Assembly: GCA_964600705.1 (NCBI GenBank)
Contig: CAZRLE010000001.1
Coordinates: forward strand, 1-52,765
Reading direction: 5' to 3'
From: an uncultured Lachnoclostridium sp.
GTDB lineage: Bacteria; Bacillota; Clostridia; Lachnospirales; Lachnospiraceae
DNA: 52,765 bases
The notes under the pieces were generated by a model that was given only the letters and a program-made list of their open reading frames with translations, made no database searches and was not told where the DNA came from. Below, one piece after another: positions 28,566 to 38,123 of the stretch (position 1 is the stretch's first letter; every line of letters begins with the position of its first letter). The position numbers and the translations under genes are program-made.

Positions 28566-31274
28566 TTATTCCTGCCCTAACCCTTCAACAATCTCCAATG
28601 CCTCATCGTACTGGAATTGTTGAATGTAATTATAAGCTTTCTTTAATTCGTTCTTTTTCTCATCCCTGCTTGCCAGAATCAGTTCTTCAATTAACGCATT
28701 GATTTCATTAAACTCAAAACGTTTAATACATACCTTTAACTTTTCCAGCTTCGCTTCATATTCCTTTGTCTTCATACTTTTATGAGTTTCTAAGATATGA
28801 CCTTCTGTAATCTTCTTATACTCGTCAATTGCCCACTGAAGATTATCACGGAATTCTTCTATCTGCTCTATATAGGATGCTACATTTTCTTTAATATATG
28901 CTCCATTCTGGTCGCGGGAAGCAATTTCCATATTTTTTGAAAACTCAGAAAGTTCCACCGCTCCAATATTAGCAAGAATACCCTTTAAACTATGGAAATA
29001 TATCTTAAGTCCACTCATGGCAACCAGCTTGTAAGCCGCCTTTATGTATTCAACCTGCTCTGTTATGTTAGTACAGCATACATTTAAAACTTTCACATAG
29101 GTTTCTGTTACACCCATAACGTTAGCAAGCCCTTTTTCTACATTTAAGCCTTTCACCTTATAAAGAATGGATTTTACATCTTCCTTATCTGTTGCTTCAT
29201 TTAATGCCGGCTGTCCCGCTTTTTCTTCCAGACATTCATCTTTTACGAACTTCTCTTCTGGCAGAAAACGTCTCAATACACCACTTAATTCCTTTAATTC
29301 CAAAGGTTTGGCCATAACATGATGCGCACCTACCGATGCAAATGCTTCTACAATGTCATCCGTTACATTGGCTGACAATGCAATGAAAATACTTTCCTTC
29401 TTTCTTTTCAGATTATGAATATTACGGATTGTTTCTACTCCATTCATATCCGGCATCAGATAATCCATAAAAATAATATCATAATCATCATTTTCGTAGT
29501 ATTTCTTTACCGCCATACTACCAGAATCCGCTTCTTCCACTTCAATACCATACTGCATCAACACATTGGATGCCACCATCAGATTAACTGCATTGTCATC
29601 TACTACCAATGCCTTAACATCCTTCAATTGGAATACAAGTTCACCTACGCTGCCTGCTCCTTCAGTCTCTTCCTGGTTTTCCTTGCCTCCACTAAACATT
29701 TCTGCAAACATCATAATCGTAAATGGCTCATAAATAACAAAATCTGCCCTGCTGATTCCCTCCAGCTTATCCTGGCTGGATTCTAATACCAGCACCTTCT
29801 TTGCAAATGGAAACTCTTCTTCCAAAAGCATACTTGCTTCCTTATGATGACTGTCAATGATGACATGGGTAAATCTGTCCTTTACCAAATCCACTTCATC
29901 ATAAGTTTTCATGACACCAATTCCCAGTGTTTCACACACATGTCTAATATGGTCTTTTTTCCATGGAATCTCTGTACAAAGAAGAATAGACTTCTTTTCC
30001 GGATTCTTAACTGTTACCACAGGCTTGTCTTCTGGTGTCTCTAACTCCAGCTTAAATCCAAATGTACTGCCCTCTCCATAACAGCTGCAGCATTCTGCCT
30101 TTCCTCCCATAAGCTCAATTATCTTTCTGCTTACATAGAGGCTGACTCCTAAGCCTTCTGAATATTCTTCCCGGCAAATCTCAAATCCAATAAATTCATC
30201 AAAAATACGTTTTACGAATTCTTCTTTAATTCCTGTTCCTGTGTCGCTTACACTGTAACAGATATAATCCTTATCATTTTCTTTTACTCTGTATATTCTC
30301 ATTGTCACACAGCCCTCTTCGGTGTGCTCAATGGCATTATACAGAAAGCTCTGAAGAACCCTGCTGATTTTCTCTAAATCACCAATCAAACGCGCCGGTA
30401 CATCTGGTGCAATATCAACACAATATCCGATACCCTTTTCAAACGCACGGATATGCGTTAAGGCACGTATATTATCAAGCAGTTCATATAGAGTAAATTC
30501 TGTTTTCTCAATTACCAGCTCATTCTCCTGCAGATTGGTATAATCCGTTGCCTTAGACACCACACTCAGCAGACTCTTATATGCCTGTTTGATATTACGG
30601 ATATGTGATTTTTCTTTTGCATCCAGATTCTCTGAAAGAGAAAGCATATCTATCGAACCTGAAATCGCGTTAATCGGTGTACGGAACTCATGAGACAGCG
30701 CCATAAACGCTTTTTTCTGCTTATATGTGGCAGCCCTGAGATTTTCCTTAATTTCATGCTCTTCTGTAATATTTTTAACTACCAAAAGAGTACCTACCAG
30801 ATTCTCATCTTCCCAAATCTGATTTACTTTAATACGATAATATCCTATTTTCCCACTGGTAAATTCCAGCCTTCTTTCTACGCTGCAAGGATGCTGATTA
30901 TACAGGCAGGCTAATACCTCATCAACCACCTCTTTGTTCACTACAGACTCATACACATGCTCTAAGTCTAATACTTTCTCGCCATCCTCACCTTCCCTGA
31001 TATATCCGATATTATTATAACCAAGATTACTATACAGCACATGCTGGCATTCTCTGTCCAAAACAACAACAAAGCTTTGCATCGTTGACATAATGCTACG
31101 CATAATAACGGCATTCTGCTCACAGCATGCCTCATATTCCTTTTGCAGAGCTTCCACATCTTTCTGAGTCCAAAGCTTCTTCTTGAACCACTTATTCCCA
31201 TTGTCACCTGTCATTCCGCCTGTGAATCCTGAAATACTAAGCTTTAACGGTACTTTCCACTGTTCCTTATCCAT
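28566..31274 (-). CDS. cytoplasmic hybrid sensor histidine kinase (PAS, HisKA, HATPase, degenerate receiver, REC, Hpt)
   Basis: The start was moved to MDKEQWK (AGGAGG 6 nt upstream). There is no TM segment. It has a PAS-like N-domain; H-box LSHEFRTPINAI; ATPase boxes DTGTGI and GLGVSLYV; REC LVVDDNAVNL...FMDYLMPDMNG...MAKP; and Hpt HSLKGILANIGA. Confidence 0.85.
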   Translation of the reverse strand: MDKEQWKVPLKLSISGFTGGMTGDNGNKWFKKKLWTQKDVEALQKEYEACCEQNAVIMRSIMSTMQSFVVVLDRECQHVLYSNLGYNNIGYIREGEDGEKVLDLEHVYESVVNKEVVDEVLACLYNQHPCSVERRLEFTSGKIGYYRIKVNQIWEDENLVGTLLVVKNITEEHEIKENLRAATYKQKKAFMALSHEFRTPINAISGSIDMLSLSENLDAKEKSHIRNIKQAYKSLLSVVSKATDYTNLQENELVIEKTEFTLYELLDNIRALTHIRAFEKGIGYCVDIAPDVPARLIGDLEKISRVLQSFLYNAIEHTEEGCVTMRIYRVKENDKDYICYSVSDTGTGIKEEFVKRIFDEFIGFEICREEYSEGLGVSLYVSRKIIELMGGKAECCSCYGEGSTFGFKLELETPEDKPVVTVKNPEKKSILLCTEIPWKKDHIRHVCETLGIGVMKTYDEVDLVKDRFTHVIIDSHHKEASMLLEEEFPFAKKVLVLESSQDKLEGISRADFVIYEPFTIMMFAEMFSGGKENQEETEGAGSVGELVFQLKDVKALVVDDNAVNLMVASNVLMQYGIEVEEADSGSMAVKKYYENDDYDIIFMDYLMPDMNGVETIRNIHNLKRKKESIFIALSANVTDDIVEAFASVGAHHVMAKPLELKELSGVLRRFLPEEKFVKDECLEEKAGQPALNEATDKEDVKSILYKVKGLNVEKGLANVMGVTETYVKVLNVCCTNITEQVEYIKAAYKLVAMSGLKIYFHSLKGILANIGAVELSEFSKNMEIASRDQNGAYIKENVASYIEQIEEFRDNLQWAIDEYKKITEGHILETHKSMKTKEYEAKLEKLKVCIKRFEFNEINALIEELILASRDEKKNELKKAYNYIQQFQYDEALEIVEGLGQE

Positions 31275-31327
31275 AACCAGCCTCCTCATACTAAAGGTTC
31301 TATATCTGTATAGTAATGTATGTTTTA

Positions 31328-32377
31328 TTACCAGATAAAACGATAAATTGTTGTAGAATCAAATGCGCCACCTGCTTTAACTACAGGACTTGGGAAGTTA
31401 TCATGATTGATGGCATCTGGGAAATGCTGTGTTTCGAAGCACACACCGGCTCTTCTCACATACTCTCCGCCACCCTTTGCACTACCTGCAATATAGTTAC
31501 CTGCATAAAGCTGTACACCTGGTAAATCTGTATAGATTTCCATGCTTCTTCCAGAAACTTCATCTATCAGTTCACCAATCAACTCAATTTCATCTCCAGT
31601 TGTATTAAGCACATAGTTATGATCGTATCCACTGCCAAAGTTGAGTGCTTCATAATCTGCATCAATATCCTGTCCGATAGTTTTTGCTGTTCTAAAGTCC
31701 ATTGGAGTACCTTCTACAGAAGCAATCTCTCCTGTTGGAATCAGCTTATCATCAGTAGGAATAAAGCTGTCCGCATCCAGACGTACTTTATGATTTAAAA
31801 TTGTTCCGGATTTATGACCAGACAGATTGAAATATGCGTGATTTGTAAGGCTCACCACAGTATCCTGATCTGTAACTGCTAAATATTCAATAATGAGCTC
31901 ATTTTCATGTGTCAGGGTATAAGTTACTGTAATATCAAGATTTCCCGGGAATCCCTGTTCCATATCCGGACTTAATCTGGAAAATTCAATTACAGGACCT
32001 TCTTCCTCTTCAAAGGTCTCTACTTCATACATCATATTGTTATAACCTACATTACCACCATGAAGGTTATTGCCATTATTATTCTTATCTAACGTATATT
32101 TCTTGCCATTTAATGTAAATTCACCATTTGCAATACGATTACCGCATCTTCCAATAAATCCACCATAATAAGTCGTTGTCTTTTCGTATTCTGCAACGGT
32201 ATCATAGCCTAACACAACGTCTGCTTTCTTGCCATTCTTATCTGGCACCCATAACTTCACAAGAATCGCACCATAATCAATAAATTCCGCTTCCATGCCA
32301 TTCTTATTCTTTAATGTGTAACTGGTTACCTGTTTCCCATCACTTGTTTTCCCAAATACTTTTTTTGTAATAGCCAT
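31328..32377 (-). CDS. galM: aldose 1-epimerase (galactose mutarotase)
   Basis: 349 aa. The sequence is typical of the family (GGFIGRCGNRIANG, NLHGG, TNHAYFNL, FETQHFPD). An AAGGAGG SD lies 6 nt upstream. Confidence 0.85.
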   Translation of the reverse strand: MAITKKVFGKTSDGKQVTSYTLKNKNGMEAEFIDYGAILVKLWVPDKNGKKADVVLGYDTVAEYEKTTTYYGGFIGRCGNRIANGEFTLNGKKYTLDKNNNGNNLHGGNVGYNNMMYEVETFEEEEGPVIEFSRLSPDMEQGFPGNLDITVTYTLTHENELIIEYLAVTDQDTVVSLTNHAYFNLSGHKSGTILNHKVRLDADSFIPTDDKLIPTGEIASVEGTPMDFRTAKTIGQDIDADYEALNFGSGYDHNYVLNTTGDEIELIGELIDEVSGRSMEIYTDLPGVQLYAGNYIAGSAKGGGEYVRRAGVCFETQHFPDAINHDNFPSPVVKAGGAFDSTTIYRFIW

Positions 32378-32382
32378 ATCCC

Positions 32383-32460
32383 GACCTCCTTGTTTTCTGA
32401 AAGAAAATGCTCTCTGCTTGCAGAGATTGCCTCTTATGCGAGCAGAGGTCGTACCTTCTT
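32383..32460 (-). promoter_or_regulatory. structured 5' leader of galM (candidate attenuator / SD-sequestering element)
   Basis: Minus-strand RNA contains CGACCTC (32451-32445), which is perfectly complementary to the SD region GAGGTCG (32389-32383). It also has hairpin CCTCT-N9-AGAGG and hairpin CTCTGC-AA-GCAGAG followed by AGCATTTTCTTTC. Confidence 0.25.
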
Positions 32461-32494
32461 GTTTTCTCTCTTATCCTTTAGTGTATCACAAATT

Positions 32495-32542
32495 CCCGAA
32501 AAAGAAAATGGCTTAAAGTGGATTCAACCACTTTAAGCCATT
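32495..32542 (-). terminator. intrinsic terminator of the cold-shock gene
   Basis: 15-bp perfect stem AATGGCTTAAAGTGG / CCACTTTAAGCCATT with a 6-nt loop, followed on the minus strand by TTTTCTTTTT. Confidence 0.75.
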
Positions 32543-32634
32543 CAAATCAATTTCGTCCATTACAATATAACTTATTTCCTTACAAATAAAACTATCTATA
32601 CTAGAAAAAGGTACACTGCCTAACTACTTGATTC

Positions 32635-32835
32635 TTATACTCTGGTTACGTTAGCTGCCTGAGGTCCTTTAGCACCTTCAACAACATCAAATTCAACTTC
32701 TTCGCCTTCGTTTAATGTTTTGTAACCTTCCATGTTAAGTCCTGAGAAGTGTACAAATACATCATTGCCTTCAGCGTCAGAGATGAATCCGTATCCTTTC
32801 TGATTGTTAAACCATTTTACTGTACCTTTGCTCAT
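32635..32835 (-). CDS. csp: cold-shock protein (CspA family)
   Basis: The start was moved to [10 protein letters not shown] (GGAGG 8 nt upstream; the GTG of the longer ORF overlaps the SD). RNP motifs are KGYGFI and VFVHF. Length is 66 aa. Confidence 0.9.
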   Translation of the reverse strand: MSKGTVKWFNNQKGYGFISDAEGNDVFVHFSGLNMEGYKTLNEGEEVEFDVVEGAKGPQAANVTRV

Positions 32836-32877
32836 TGTGTTTTCCTCCACGATTAAAATATATCATTGCATATAATG

Positions 32878-32906
32878 CAATATAATTATCATACCATTAA
32901 CTTTGT
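32878..32906 (-). promoter_or_regulatory. candidate sigma-A promoter of csp
   Basis: Minus strand reads TTGACA-17 nt-TATGAT with a TGG extended -10. The 5' UTR contains hairpin ATTGCAT-TAT-ATGCAAT (32855-32871). Confidence 0.5.
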
Positions 32907-32936
32907 TAATTGTCAAACAATTTCACAAAAATCTTG

Positions 32937-34703
32937 TTATTTATTCTCTTCTTTGATATCGATTTTAATGTGAACATCAGAAAGCTGTCTTGGTTCTACT
33001 TCAGCAGGTGCTCCCATCATAACGTCCATTGCATTCTTATTCATTGGGAATGGAATGATTTCACGGATGCTGTCTTCACCTAAGATTAACATTACCATAC
33101 GGTCTACACCAGGAGCGATACCAGCGTGTGGAGGTGCTCCATAAGTAAATGCGTTATACATAGCAGGGAATTTAGCCTTAACATCTTCTTCACCAAGTCC
33201 AACTAATTCAAATGCTTTAATCATAACTTCCGGGTTATGGTTACGAACAGCACCGGAAGAAAGTTCTACACCGTTACATACTAAGTCATACTGATATGCT
33301 AAGATATCAAGTGGTTCTTCGTTCATTAACGCATCCATTCCGCCCTGTGGCATAGAGAATGGGTTGTGGCAGAATTCTAATTCACCGGATTCTTCACCAA
33401 TTTCGTACATGGGGAAGTCTACAATCCAGCAGAATTCGTAGCAGTCTTTCTTCATGTGTGTTTCAGAAGCTGCACCTAACATTTTACGAAGAACACCGGC
33501 TGTCTTCTGCGCTACAAGCTTCTTACCTGCTGTTAAACCAACGAAATCACCTGGTTTTAAGGAAAGAGCTTTGATTACTTCTTCTTTTCTTTCTACGAGG
33601 AACTTAGAAATTCCACCAACGAATTCGTTGTTTTCATCTAATTTGAACCAGTATGCTTTATTACCGGACTGTACTTCAACGTCAGCACAAATCTTATCAA
33701 TTACTTTTCTTGTTGCTGTAAAGTTATCTACAACGATAGCTTTTACTGTCTGACCTTCAAATGCTCCAAAACCACAGTCTGCCATAACTTCTGTTGCATC
33801 CTGTAATACTAAGTCAATACGAAGGTCTGGCTTGTCAGAACCATACTTGTCCATTGCTTCAAGATATGGAATTCTTACGAATGGTGCTGTAGAAGCTGTA
33901 CTATATACACCAAACTTTTCAAATACTGGTGGAAGTACTTCTTCAATGATAGTGAATACGTCTTCCTGAGTTGCAAATGCCATTTCCATATCTAACTGGT
34001 AGAATTCACCCGGAGAACGGTCAGCTCTTGCATCTTCATCACGGAAACAAGGTGCAATCTGGAAGTATCTGTCAAATCCGGATGTCATTAAAATCTGTTT
34101 AAACTGCTGTGGTGCCTGTGGAAGGGCATAGAACTTACCAGGATGATTTCTTGCTGGTACTAAGTAGTCTCTCGCACCTTCTGGTGAAGAACATGTAAGA
34201 ATTGGTGTTGTGATTTCTAAGAAATCTAAATCTGTCATTCTCTTACGAAGTTCTGCAACAATCTGGCTTCTTACTACGATTTTGTTCTTCACTGCAGGAT
34301 TTCTTAAATCTAAGTAACGATATTTTAATCTTGCATTTTCATCTGCTTCCTGAGACTGGTTGATTTCAAATGGAAGAGCATTATGGTTACATCTTCCAAG
34401 TACTGTAATCTTTTCTGGAACAACTTCGATATCACCAGTTGGAAGATTGGCATTTTTGCTGGAACGTTCTCTTACAACACCTTCTACAGAAATTGTAGAT
34501 TCGTTGTTAAGACTGTCGATGATTTCCATCATTTCTTCTGTTTCGATAACAACCTGAGTTGTTCCGTAGAAGTCTCTTAAAATAACGAAACCTAAGTTCT
34601 TACTTACCTTTCTCATATTTTCATAGAAACCGGATAATACAACCTTTTCACCTACGTTTTCCACGCGTAACTGGTTGCAGTTATGTGTTCTTGACTGAAT
34701 CAT
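32937..34703 (-). CDS. aspS: aspartate--tRNA ligase
   Basis: 588 aa with an N-terminal OB anticodon-binding domain and class II motifs (FYQIAPCFRDED, GGMDALM..., GIAPGVDR). It starts 18 nt after the hisS stop. Confidence 0.95.
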   Translation of the reverse strand: MIQSRTHNCNQLRVENVGEKVVLSGFYENMRKVSKNLGFVILRDFYGTTQVVIETEEMMEIIDSLNNESTISVEGVVRERSSKNANLPTGDIEVVPEKITVLGRCNHNALPFEINQSQEADENARLKYRYLDLRNPAVKNKIVVRSQIVAELRKRMTDLDFLEITTPILTCSSPEGARDYLVPARNHPGKFYALPQAPQQFKQILMTSGFDRYFQIAPCFRDEDARADRSPGEFYQLDMEMAFATQEDVFTIIEEVLPPVFEKFGVYSTASTAPFVRIPYLEAMDKYGSDKPDLRIDLVLQDATEVMADCGFGAFEGQTVKAIVVDNFTATRKVIDKICADVEVQSGNKAYWFKLDENNEFVGGISKFLVERKEEVIKALSLKPGDFVGLTAGKKLVAQKTAGVLRKMLGAASETHMKKDCYEFCWIVDFPMYEIGEESGELEFCHNPFSMPQGGMDALMNEEPLDILAYQYDLVCNGVELSSGAVRNHNPEVMIKAFELVGLGEEDVKAKFPAMYNAFTYGAPPHAGIAPGVDRMVMLILGEDSIREIIPFPMNKNAMDVMMGAPAEVEPRQLSDVHIKIDIKEENK

Positions 34704-34721
34704 TCTAAATTCCTCTCTTTC

Positions 34722-35969
34722 TTATCCTATAAAATAACTTGAAATGTTATCTAATCCTACTTCTGTCTCTTCATGACTTTCCATGTTTTTAATAGTTGCA
34801 ACGCCCTTTTCTAACTCGTCTGCACCAAGAATAACTGTATTCTTTGCACCAATCTTATTGGCATACTTCATCTGAGCTTTTACGCTTCTATCCATGTAGT
34901 CAGTTTCTACTACGATACCTGCGCTGCGGATTTCATTTACAAGCTTATAAGCCTTTGCTTTTGCTTCCTTACCTAAGATACCTACATAAAGCTCTACAGC
35001 TGGTTCTGGTTCTAATTCTACCTGTTCCTTTTCAAGGAAATAGATAATTCTTTCAATACCCATACCAAAACCTACAGATGGAATATCCTGTTTGCCATCA
35101 ATCTCATGTACCAGATTATCGTAACGACCTCCACCGCAAAGTGTAAAGCCTTCGGAGTTAACAAATTCGAATACGGTCTTTGTATAGTAATCTAAACCTC
35201 TTACGATACCTGTATCGATTTCATAAGGAATATTTAAGTCATTCAGAAGACTTTGTAATTCTTCAAAATGTTCCTTGCATTCTTCGTCTAAATATTCTAC
35301 TGTTCTAGGTGCATCCTTTACGATTTCCTTGCAGGAAGGCACTTTACAGTCGATAACACGAAGAGGATTCTTCTTCATTCTTTCGCGACATGTTTCGCAA
35401 AGTTCACCTTCGTGTTCTTTTAAATAAGCTAAAAGCGCATCATTATAAGTCTTACGGCAAGTTGGACAACCAATGCTGTTGATATGGAGCTTTGCATCTT
35501 TCAGACCTAATTCTTTGATGAAAGTAGTTAATAATGTAATTAATTCTACTTCTGCAAGTGGACTCTTAGAGCCTACAAATTCCACACCAAACTGATGATG
35601 CTGTCTAAGTCTTCCACTCTGTGGCTTTTCATAACGGAAAGCTGGTGTCACATAAAATAACTTTGTTGGCTGGCTCGCTGCATATAAACTATTTTCCAGA
35701 TATGCACGGATTGCCCCGGCTGTTCCTTCTGGCTTTAATGCCATATGACGGTCACCTTTGTCATAGAAGTCATACATTTCCTTCTGTACAACGTCTGTTG
35801 TTTCGCCTACACCACGCTGAAATAAGTCGATTTCTTCAAACATTGGTGTGATAATTTCTTTAATGTTATATGTTTTACACAGAGCTCTTGCTTTCTTTTC
35901 AATGACAGTTCTTTTATGCATGGACTCGCCGTACCAATCCTGTGTTCCTTTTGGTCTTTGTGTAATCAA
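34722..35969 (-). CDS. hisS: histidine--tRNA ligase
   Basis: The start was moved to the TTG at 35969, giving [14 protein letters not shown], which is a typical HisS N-terminus. AGGAGG lies 8 nt upstream. Class II motifs are present ([32 protein letters not shown]). TTG overlaps the TGA of the upstream HD-GYP gene as TTGA. Confidence 0.9.
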   Translation of the reverse strand: MITQRPKGTQDWYGESMHKRTVIEKKARALCKTYNIKEIITPMFEEIDLFQRGVGETTDVVQKEMYDFYDKGDRHMALKPEGTAGAIRAYLENSLYAASQPTKLFYVTPAFRYEKPQSGRLRQHHQFGVEFVGSKSPLAEVELITLLTTFIKELGLKDAKLHINSIGCPTCRKTYNDALLAYLKEHEGELCETCRERMKKNPLRVIDCKVPSCKEIVKDAPRTVEYLDEECKEHFEELQSLLNDLNIPYEIDTGIVRGLDYYTKTVFEFVNSEGFTLCGGGRYDNLVHEIDGKQDIPSVGFGMGIERIIYFLEKEQVELEPEPAVELYVGILGKEAKAKAYKLVNEIRSAGIVVETDYMDRSVKAQMKYANKIGAKNTVILGADELEKGVATIKNMESHEETEVGLDNISSYFIG

Positions 35970-36637
35970 TAGTAGTACCTCCTGTCTATATCGTCTAATG
36001 GCATCCATTTCTGGTATGCTTCTGGTCTGTTATTATGTTCTATAAGCATTTCTACTAACGAACGGTCATCTCCGTTCACCACTTTCTGAAATGCAAGAAA
36101 CACTTCCATATCAAAATTCTTTATCTCATCAATCATCATTTCCATGGCTGTCTCAACATCAAATGCATCTCGATATGGGCGCTTGGAAACAAGGGCTGCA
36201 AACACATCGCAGGCTCTAAGGACCCTTGCCCCCCATGGGATTTCATCCCCTTTTAAATTATCCGGGTATCCGGAACCATCGTAGTTCTCATGATGGTGGT
36301 ACACCATCTGCTGTATTGCTTCTGAAAACTCCGCTTCTTTTACAATTTCATAACTATAAGCAGAATGCATACGCATATAACGCATTTCTTCTACACTTAA
36401 AGCATCCTTTTTTCTTCCATACAGGTACTTACTTAAACGAAGCTTACCTATATCATGAAGCATCCCAGCTAAGGAAACCTGCTGAATAAATTCCTCTGAT
36501 TCATTCAGTTCTTTCGCTGTCAACGCTGCCAATCTACTTACTAAAATACCGTGCTTTATGCCATCCTGCACATCTTCCAGCATAATTTCCTGCAATGCTT
36601 CCTGTTGCATAACAAACTCTGCATTTTCTCTTGACAT
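35966..36637 (-). CDS. stand-alone HD-GYP domain protein (putative cyclic dinucleotide phosphodiesterase)
   Basis: 223 aa with motifs [19 protein letters not shown] and [13 protein letters not shown]. The GGAGG SD overlaps the hemZ-like stop. The 3' end overlaps the hisS start. Confidence 0.85.
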   Translation of the reverse strand: MSRENAEFVMQQEALQEIMLEDVQDGIKHGILVSRLAALTAKELNESEEFIQQVSLAGMLHDIGKLRLSKYLYGRKKDALSVEEMRYMRMHSAYSYEIVKEAEFSEAIQQMVYHHHENYDGSGYPDNLKGDEIPWGARVLRACDVFAALVSKRPYRDAFDVETAMEMMIDEIKNFDMEVFLAFQKVVNGDDRSLVEMLIEHNNRPEAYQKWMPLDDIDRRYYY

Positions 36638-36647
36638 GCCGTTCCTC

Positions 36648-38123
36648 CTACAGTGGATGTTCTTCCAAGAATTTTTTCTTTCTCTCTATCATCTCATCAA
36701 TTCTTGTAATGTAATCAATCAGACTCTTTACATTTTCAACTCGTTCTACCGCTCCGGTATCCGGGAATACGAACTTTGAAGATGCCCCTGCGCCAAGTGC
36801 CAGAATAGTCTGCACTTCTTCCATAATGAGAATGTTATAAATGCCTTCTTTGCCTTCTCTTGCATAACCAACATTTTCCTGATTACAGCTTCTTACACTA
36901 CCTGCCGCATTCTTCTGGCGATACATATAATATGGTTCATATCCATTTGCAAGGCAGAATTCATACCCATAATCCGACATTGCATCCACATCTTCCGTTG
37001 CGTCTTCTTCCTTCTGGATATTCATTCTTGCCGCTCTTTTGGTTACCAGTGAATGAATGGTAACGCTGTCCGGATTCAATTCCTTAATCTCATCCAACGT
37101 TGTCTTGACATCCTCCAAGTTCTCTTCTGGAAGTCCGACAATCAAATCCATATTTATATTATCATGTCCTGTCTCTCTTGCCAACAAAAATGCTTCTTTT
37201 ACCTGACCGGCACTATGCTTTCTTCCAATCAGCTCTAAAGTCTTATCCTTCATTGTCTGTGGATTGATGGAAATACGAGTCACACCCATATTTTTCATAA
37301 TCACAAGCTTTTCTCTTGTAATACTGTCTGGTCTTCCGGCTTCTACCGTAAATTCCTTCACATGAGTAAAATCAAAGCATTCTTTTACCTTTGTAAGTAA
37401 TGCTTCCAGCATCTCTTCATTGAGAGCTGTCGGTGTTCCACCACCAATATAAATCGTTGTAAGCTTCTTATTCTTAATGCACTGTGCTCCGTATTCAATT
37501 TCCTTAAACAGCGCTTCTAAATAGTTCTTGGCATGCTGTTTGTTCTTTTCAAATGGAAATGATGTAAATGAACAATAAGAGCAGGTTGTCGGACAGAACG
37601 GAATACCAATGTATACACTGTACCCATTGGTATAATCAATTTCTCTTAAAATAGAAACTTCCTTTTCTGCAATCTTCATGCTCATGTCAATCTTATTGTC
37701 ATGGCACAAATACTGCTCTTTCATGGCTTCCTTAATTGCTACGCCATCTTCCCCTGCCATAATATGTGCCATAGGAATCTTGGTAGGACGCACTCCCGTA
37801 AGAGTTCCCCACGGAAGCTCTCTTCCTGTTACTTCTGAAAGCACTTCATAAAGAACAATTTTGATTTGATTCTTATAATGCAATCTTGTTTTTTGGTCAG
37901 AAATAGTACTATGTTCTTTCTCTAATATAGGTATTCCATTTTCATAAAATGAAATACCTACACCATCTTCGAAAAGATTCACTTTTATCACTTTGTCTTT
38001 CGTAACATCATCTGCTTCCTCCAGATTAGAGACAACTGTTATGTCTTCTCCCGGATAAAATGCCTTTACTAAAGACTGTATATCATAAGCGTACGCCGCT
38101 TCTTTACTTTCAATTGCTACCAT
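36648..38123 (-). CDS. HemZ-like radical SAM protein (annotated family: oxygen-independent coproporphyrinogen dehydrogenase-like)
   Basis: 491 aa. The radical SAM motif is CPTTCSYCSF, after a roughly 170-aa N-terminal domain. A HemN-like core follows (YIGGGTPT, RISINPQT). The start overlaps the MBL gene stop (ATGGTAG). Confidence 0.8.
   Translation of the reverse strand: MVAIESKEAAYAYDIQSLVKAFYPGEDITVVSNLEEADDVTKDKVIKVNLFEDGVGISFYENGIPILEKEHSTISDQKTRLHYKNQIKIVLYEVLSEVTGRELPWGTLTGVRPTKIPMAHIMAGEDGVAIKEAMKEQYLCHDNKIDMSMKIAEKEVSILREIDYTNGYSVYIGIPFCPTTCSYCSFTSFPFEKNKQHAKNYLEALFKEIEYGAQCIKNKKLTTIYIGGGTPTALNEEMLEALLTKVKECFDFTHVKEFTVEAGRPDSITREKLVIMKNMGVTRISINPQTMKDKTLELIGRKHSAGQVKEAFLLARETGHDNINMDLIVGLPEENLEDVKTTLDEIKELNPDSVTIHSLVTKRAARMNIQKEEDATEDVDAMSDYGYEFCLANGYEPYYMYRQKNAAGSVRSCNQENVGYAREGKEGIYNILIMEEVQTILALGAGASSKFVFPDTGAVERVENVKSLIDYITRIDEMIERKKKFLEEHPL

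Noticed and set aside
35970-36008. ATG at 36008 as the hisS start.
   Set aside because: It would add 13 atypical residues and overlap the HD-GYP gene by 43 nt. The TTG at 35969 has AGGAGG 8 nt upstream and gives a typical HisS N-terminus.
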